The notes under the pieces are model-generated. The model searched no databases. It saw nothing but the letters and a program-made list of their open reading frames with translations, and had not been told where the DNA came from. From NCBI RefSeq assembly GCF_030028105.1, contig NC_092387.1:20221590-20285589 (forward strand): a stretch of DNA of 64,000 nt, in the 5' to 3' direction. Positions 60,371-64,000 of this stretch are shown piece after piece (the stretch's first letter is position 1; the number at the start of each line of letters is the position of its first letter). The stretch comes from Mobula birostris (lineage: Eukaryota). The position numbers were made by a program, and so were the translations under genes.

Positions 60371-63330
60371 CCTCCATTTCCCAAACATCTGCCCTCACCC
60401 CATCTTCCTGCTGCCCTAACAGGGATAGAGTTCCTCTTGTCCTCTCCTACCACACGAGCCTCTACATCCAGTATATCATTCTCTGCCATCTTCAACGAGA
60501 ACTATCACCAAACACATCTTTACCTTCCCCCAATCTCTGCTTTCCACAGGGATTGCTCCCTCTGTGATTCCCTTGTTCATCTGTCCCTTCCCACTAATCT
60601 CCCTCCTGGCATTTATCAGGCAAATGGAGGAAGTACTACACCTGCCCATTTATCTCCTGCTCCCTCACTTCCATTCAGAGCCTCAAGCAGTCCTTCCAGG
60701 TGAGGCAACAATTTGCCTGGGAATCTTTTGAGGTCATCTACTGTATCCAGAGCTCCTGATGCAGCCTCCTCTGCACTGGTGAAAACCAACGTAGACTGGG
60801 GGATGGCTTTCTCAAGCACCTTCTCTCTATCTGCAAAAAGCAGGATTTCCCGGTAGTCAACGATTTTAATTCCAATCCCCATTCCCATTCTGACATGTTG
60901 GCCCATGGCCTCCTCTGCTGCCATAATAAGGCCACTCTCAGGTTGGAGGTGCAACACCTCATATTCCATCTGCGTAGCCTCCAACCTTAAGGAATGACCA
61001 TCAGTTTCAAAGGTTTCAAAGGTACATTTAATGTCAGAGAAATGTATACAATATACATCCTGAAATTCTTTTACTTCACAACCATCCACAAAAACAGACG
61101 AGTGCCCCAAAGGATGAATGGCAGTTAAATGTTAGAACCCCAAAGTCCCCCCAGCTCCCCCTACCTACGCATAAGCAGCAGCAAGCAGTGAATTCCTTTC
61201 CCACACCAGTGAAAAAAGCAAAATACATTTACAGAAAGCTAAGAGAGATGAAGGTTTAGCATTACCTAACTTTAGATTCTATTATTGGGCAATTAATATT
61301 TGACACATGAAATTTTGGTTACTTGACCAAGATACACTATCCATTCCTAAATGGGTAGCATTGGAATTACAATCTGCTCAAGGTTATGCACTTGGCTCTA
61401 TTTTAGGTTCTTCTCTTCCTTTTGATTTGAAACGCCACAAACAGGTCTGTAACCCGATAGTTAAATATACCTTACGTATTTGGTTCCAATTCAGAAAATT
61501 TTTCGATCTTAACCAATTTGGGCTAGCGATCCCTATTTTAGGTAACATTTTTTCCTCCCTCTTTCATGGATCGTGCTTTTCAAATTTGGAAGACTAAGGG
61601 TATTTCACGGTTTTTGGATTTATTTTTAGATGGTTCCCTTATGTCTTTTGAACAATTATCTAATAAATATATTTTACCAAGAATACATTTTTTTAGATAT
61701 CTCCAAGTTAGAAATTTCCTAAGTACTATACTTTCTTCCTTTCCAATTCTCCCTCCTACATATATTTTAGATACTATAATTAACCTTAATCCATGTCAGA
61801 AAGGTGCAACGGCTATTATTTATAATATTATTATGAAACTTAGGAAAGCTCCATTTGATAAGATTAGGTCAGATTGGGAACAGGAATTGGGTTTTATTAT
61901 TTCGGCGGATGACTGGGAGCAGATTTTACAACTAGTCAATACTTCCTCTATCTGTGCTAAATTCAATTTAAAGTTGTCCATAGAGCACATATGTCCAAAG
62001 ATAAATTAGCTCGTTTCTATTCTCATATTAATGCTTTTTGTGATAGATGTCAGGGGCAGATAGCCTCTTTAACTCATATGTTTTGGTCCTGTCCTACTCT
62101 GGAAACTTTTTGGAGAGACATTTTTAATATTATCTCAAAGGTATTGAATATAGATATCTCTCCTCATCCTATTACTGCTATCTTTGGATTACCTAAAATT
62201 GCCAGTAATCTTTCTCCTTCAGCCCGTAGAATGATTGCATTTTTTACTTTAATGGCGAAAAGATATATTTTACAACATTGGAAAGAGGCTAATGCTCCAA
62301 CTACGTTTTTTTGGTTTTCCCAGATGATATTATGCTTAAATTTGGAGAAAATTAGAAGTAATCTTTATGATTCTTCAGTTAAATTTGATCAGACCTGGAG
62401 ATCTTTTATTCAACATTTTCATTTAATGTAATTTTTTTTTCTCTCAGTCCATATTTATATTCCCTTCTTGTTTTTTTTTAACTGTTTTTAATGGAGGTCG
62501 GGTTTGAGGACGTGATTTTAAGTTCTTTAACTCTACTTGTTTCCTAGTTAGCCCATTGCTTTGCTTTGCTTTTTAGTTTATTTGCACGGTGGGTTTTTTT
62601 GGGTTTTTTTTTTCTTTTTCTATTGATATGTATAAAAATTAGTATACTATTATATTACCTTGTTATTTTATGTTTAAATTGCACTGTTTGTATTAATTTT
62701 TTCTGTATTAATATTTCCTGTAATATATTATATTCTAACAGTGTATTAGTGCCTATATGGTTTACCTTCTGTGTACTTATTCAATAAAAAGATTTAAAAA
62801 GAAAAGAAAGAAAAAAAGCATCAACGCCCCCCACCGAGCACTCAAGTGTGCAGCAAAGCATCAATAAACACACAGACTTGCAGTACCCGATAATTCAACA
62901 TACCACAGGCTCTCTCTCTCTCCCTAATAAGGGAAAAAGCTGATTTCACCAACTTCTGGTACTTTCCCCCCTCCTCCTTCCCTCTTCTTAGTTTCATGCT
63001 TGGACCTTACCTTTTCTGTGTTCTTCACCTGCCTATTACCTCCCTCTGGTGCCCCTCCTCCTTTCCTTTCTCTCATTGTCCTATCAGATTCATTAATCTC
63101 CACCCCTATCCCTTTTCCACCTACCACCTTCCAGCTTCTTACTTCATCTTCACCCCTCCCACCTATCATGTTTTAACTTGTACTCCTTCCGCTCCCACCA
63201 CTTTCTTATTCCTGGCTTCTACCCCCTTCCTTTCCAATCCTGAAGAAGGATCTCGGCCTGAAACATCGACTGTTTGTTCATTTCCAGAGATGTGGCCTGA
63301 CCTGTGGAGTTCCTCTAGCATTTTTGTGTT
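60367..63330 (+). mobile_element. Penelope-like element, right arm of inverted pair (interrupted ~61005-62938); hammerhead 63235-63272
   Basis: DRVPLVLSYH..VIYCIQSS..GENQRRLG..EVQHLIFHL; resumes at ~62940. Confidence 0.85.
61221..62811 (+). mobile_element. 5'-truncated L1-clade LINE (ORF2 C-terminus with CCHC finger)
   Basis: GLALPNFRFYYWA, FFRYLQVR, CDRCQGQIASLTHMFWSCP; A-rich tail; TSD aaaaaagca (61212-20 / 62812-20). Confidence 0.92.
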
Positions 63331-63439
63331 TATAAGCTTTCAACTCATCATTCAGAGGAAAACATTTCGTGGTTTGGTATGCAATTTCAATGATAAGTAG
63401 AGTCAGTAACTAGGCATGTGAATTGAATTGGAAACACAG

Positions 63440-63970
63440 CAGACTGCAGATGCTGGAATCACTGCTGCCATTCCCCACCTCTGCCCCGGCCTCCAGTGCT
63501 GTTCCTCTTTACTACACATCCCTCCGCCACTCCCCTCCCTACCCTGGTCTCTCACGCCAATCCCCAGCCTCTCAATCTCACTTTACTTCTCTGAGTCCTC
63601 CTCTTGCCCCCACCTCATGTCCCCCGAGTCCCATACTCAACCCCACTGCCCTCCTCTGAACCCCCACGTGACCCCAGCTCCAAACCCTGTCATGTCTTTC
63701 CCACCCCCTCGCTCTGAAACAGAGTGGTCTATACTGAGCAGAGGTTTCACTTTTGTACCCCTGTGCCTGCACATCATTGAGTTCCTGCCATGACACCGAG
63801 CTCTTCTTCCATCATGTTTGCATCAAATCCTGGCTCTTCGGCAAGGATACTCTGCCCTCCCCCCACTAATGATCCCTTCTCCCACCTCAAACTCTCCTCC
63901 ACCTCTTGCACACTTCACTCAAGCCTTTTGCTCTCTCTTTTCATTTGCAACTACCAAAAGGACATCAACC
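63440..63970 (+). mobile_element. Penelope-like ORF N-terminal fragment
   Basis: SETEWSILSRGFTFVP..HDTELFF motif (LSxGLxFxP-type). Confidence 0.65.
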
Positions 63971-64000
63971 ATAGAACATAGAACAGTAATGAACAATATG

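Noticed and set aside
1-64000. Prokaryote-type systems (CRISPR arrays, operons, defence islands)
   Set aside because: The window is a spliced vertebrate gene plus TEs; no regularly spaced repeat-spacer array was seen
58631-64000. Start-codon exons of the SLC28 gene
   Set aside because: The region is almost entirely TE-derived and no credible exon was found; likely beyond the window

Overview
This is eukaryotic, repeat-dense vertebrate DNA. The repeat landscape (V-SINE/HE1-like and SacSINE1/DeuSINE-like SINEs, CR1, Rex1/Babar, Penelope-like elements) suggests a cartilaginous fish, probably a ray; that is an inference. One host gene is present: a concentrative Na+/nucleoside transporter of the SLC28A1/SLC28A2 (CNT1/2) clade on the minus strand. 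I traced 15 coding exons by hand (58630 down to the TAA at 14252). All have GT-AG boundaries and compatible phases, giving 1825 nt and 607 codons plus stop with no frameshift. The N-terminal exons apparently lie beyond position 64000. The rest is mostly decayed, often nested transposable elements. Highlights: (i) at least 8 dispersed minimal type-I hammerhead ribozyme motifs in Penelope-like element tails, including a head-to-head inverted pair and one sense-oriented copy about 125 nt from a splice acceptor; (ii) the transporter combines CNT3-type nucleoside-selectivity residues with a CNT1/2-type scaffold; (iii) a sushi/PEG10-type LTR element with a -1 slippery site, nested in another Gypsy element; (iv) a Dong/R4-like fragment in a (TAA)n repeat; (v) two solo LTRs, a U6 pseudogene, a Tc1 deletion derivative, 80-bp hAT MITEs and an RTE LINE. 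TE boundaries without TSDs are approximate. Family names come from motif recognition, not database searches.
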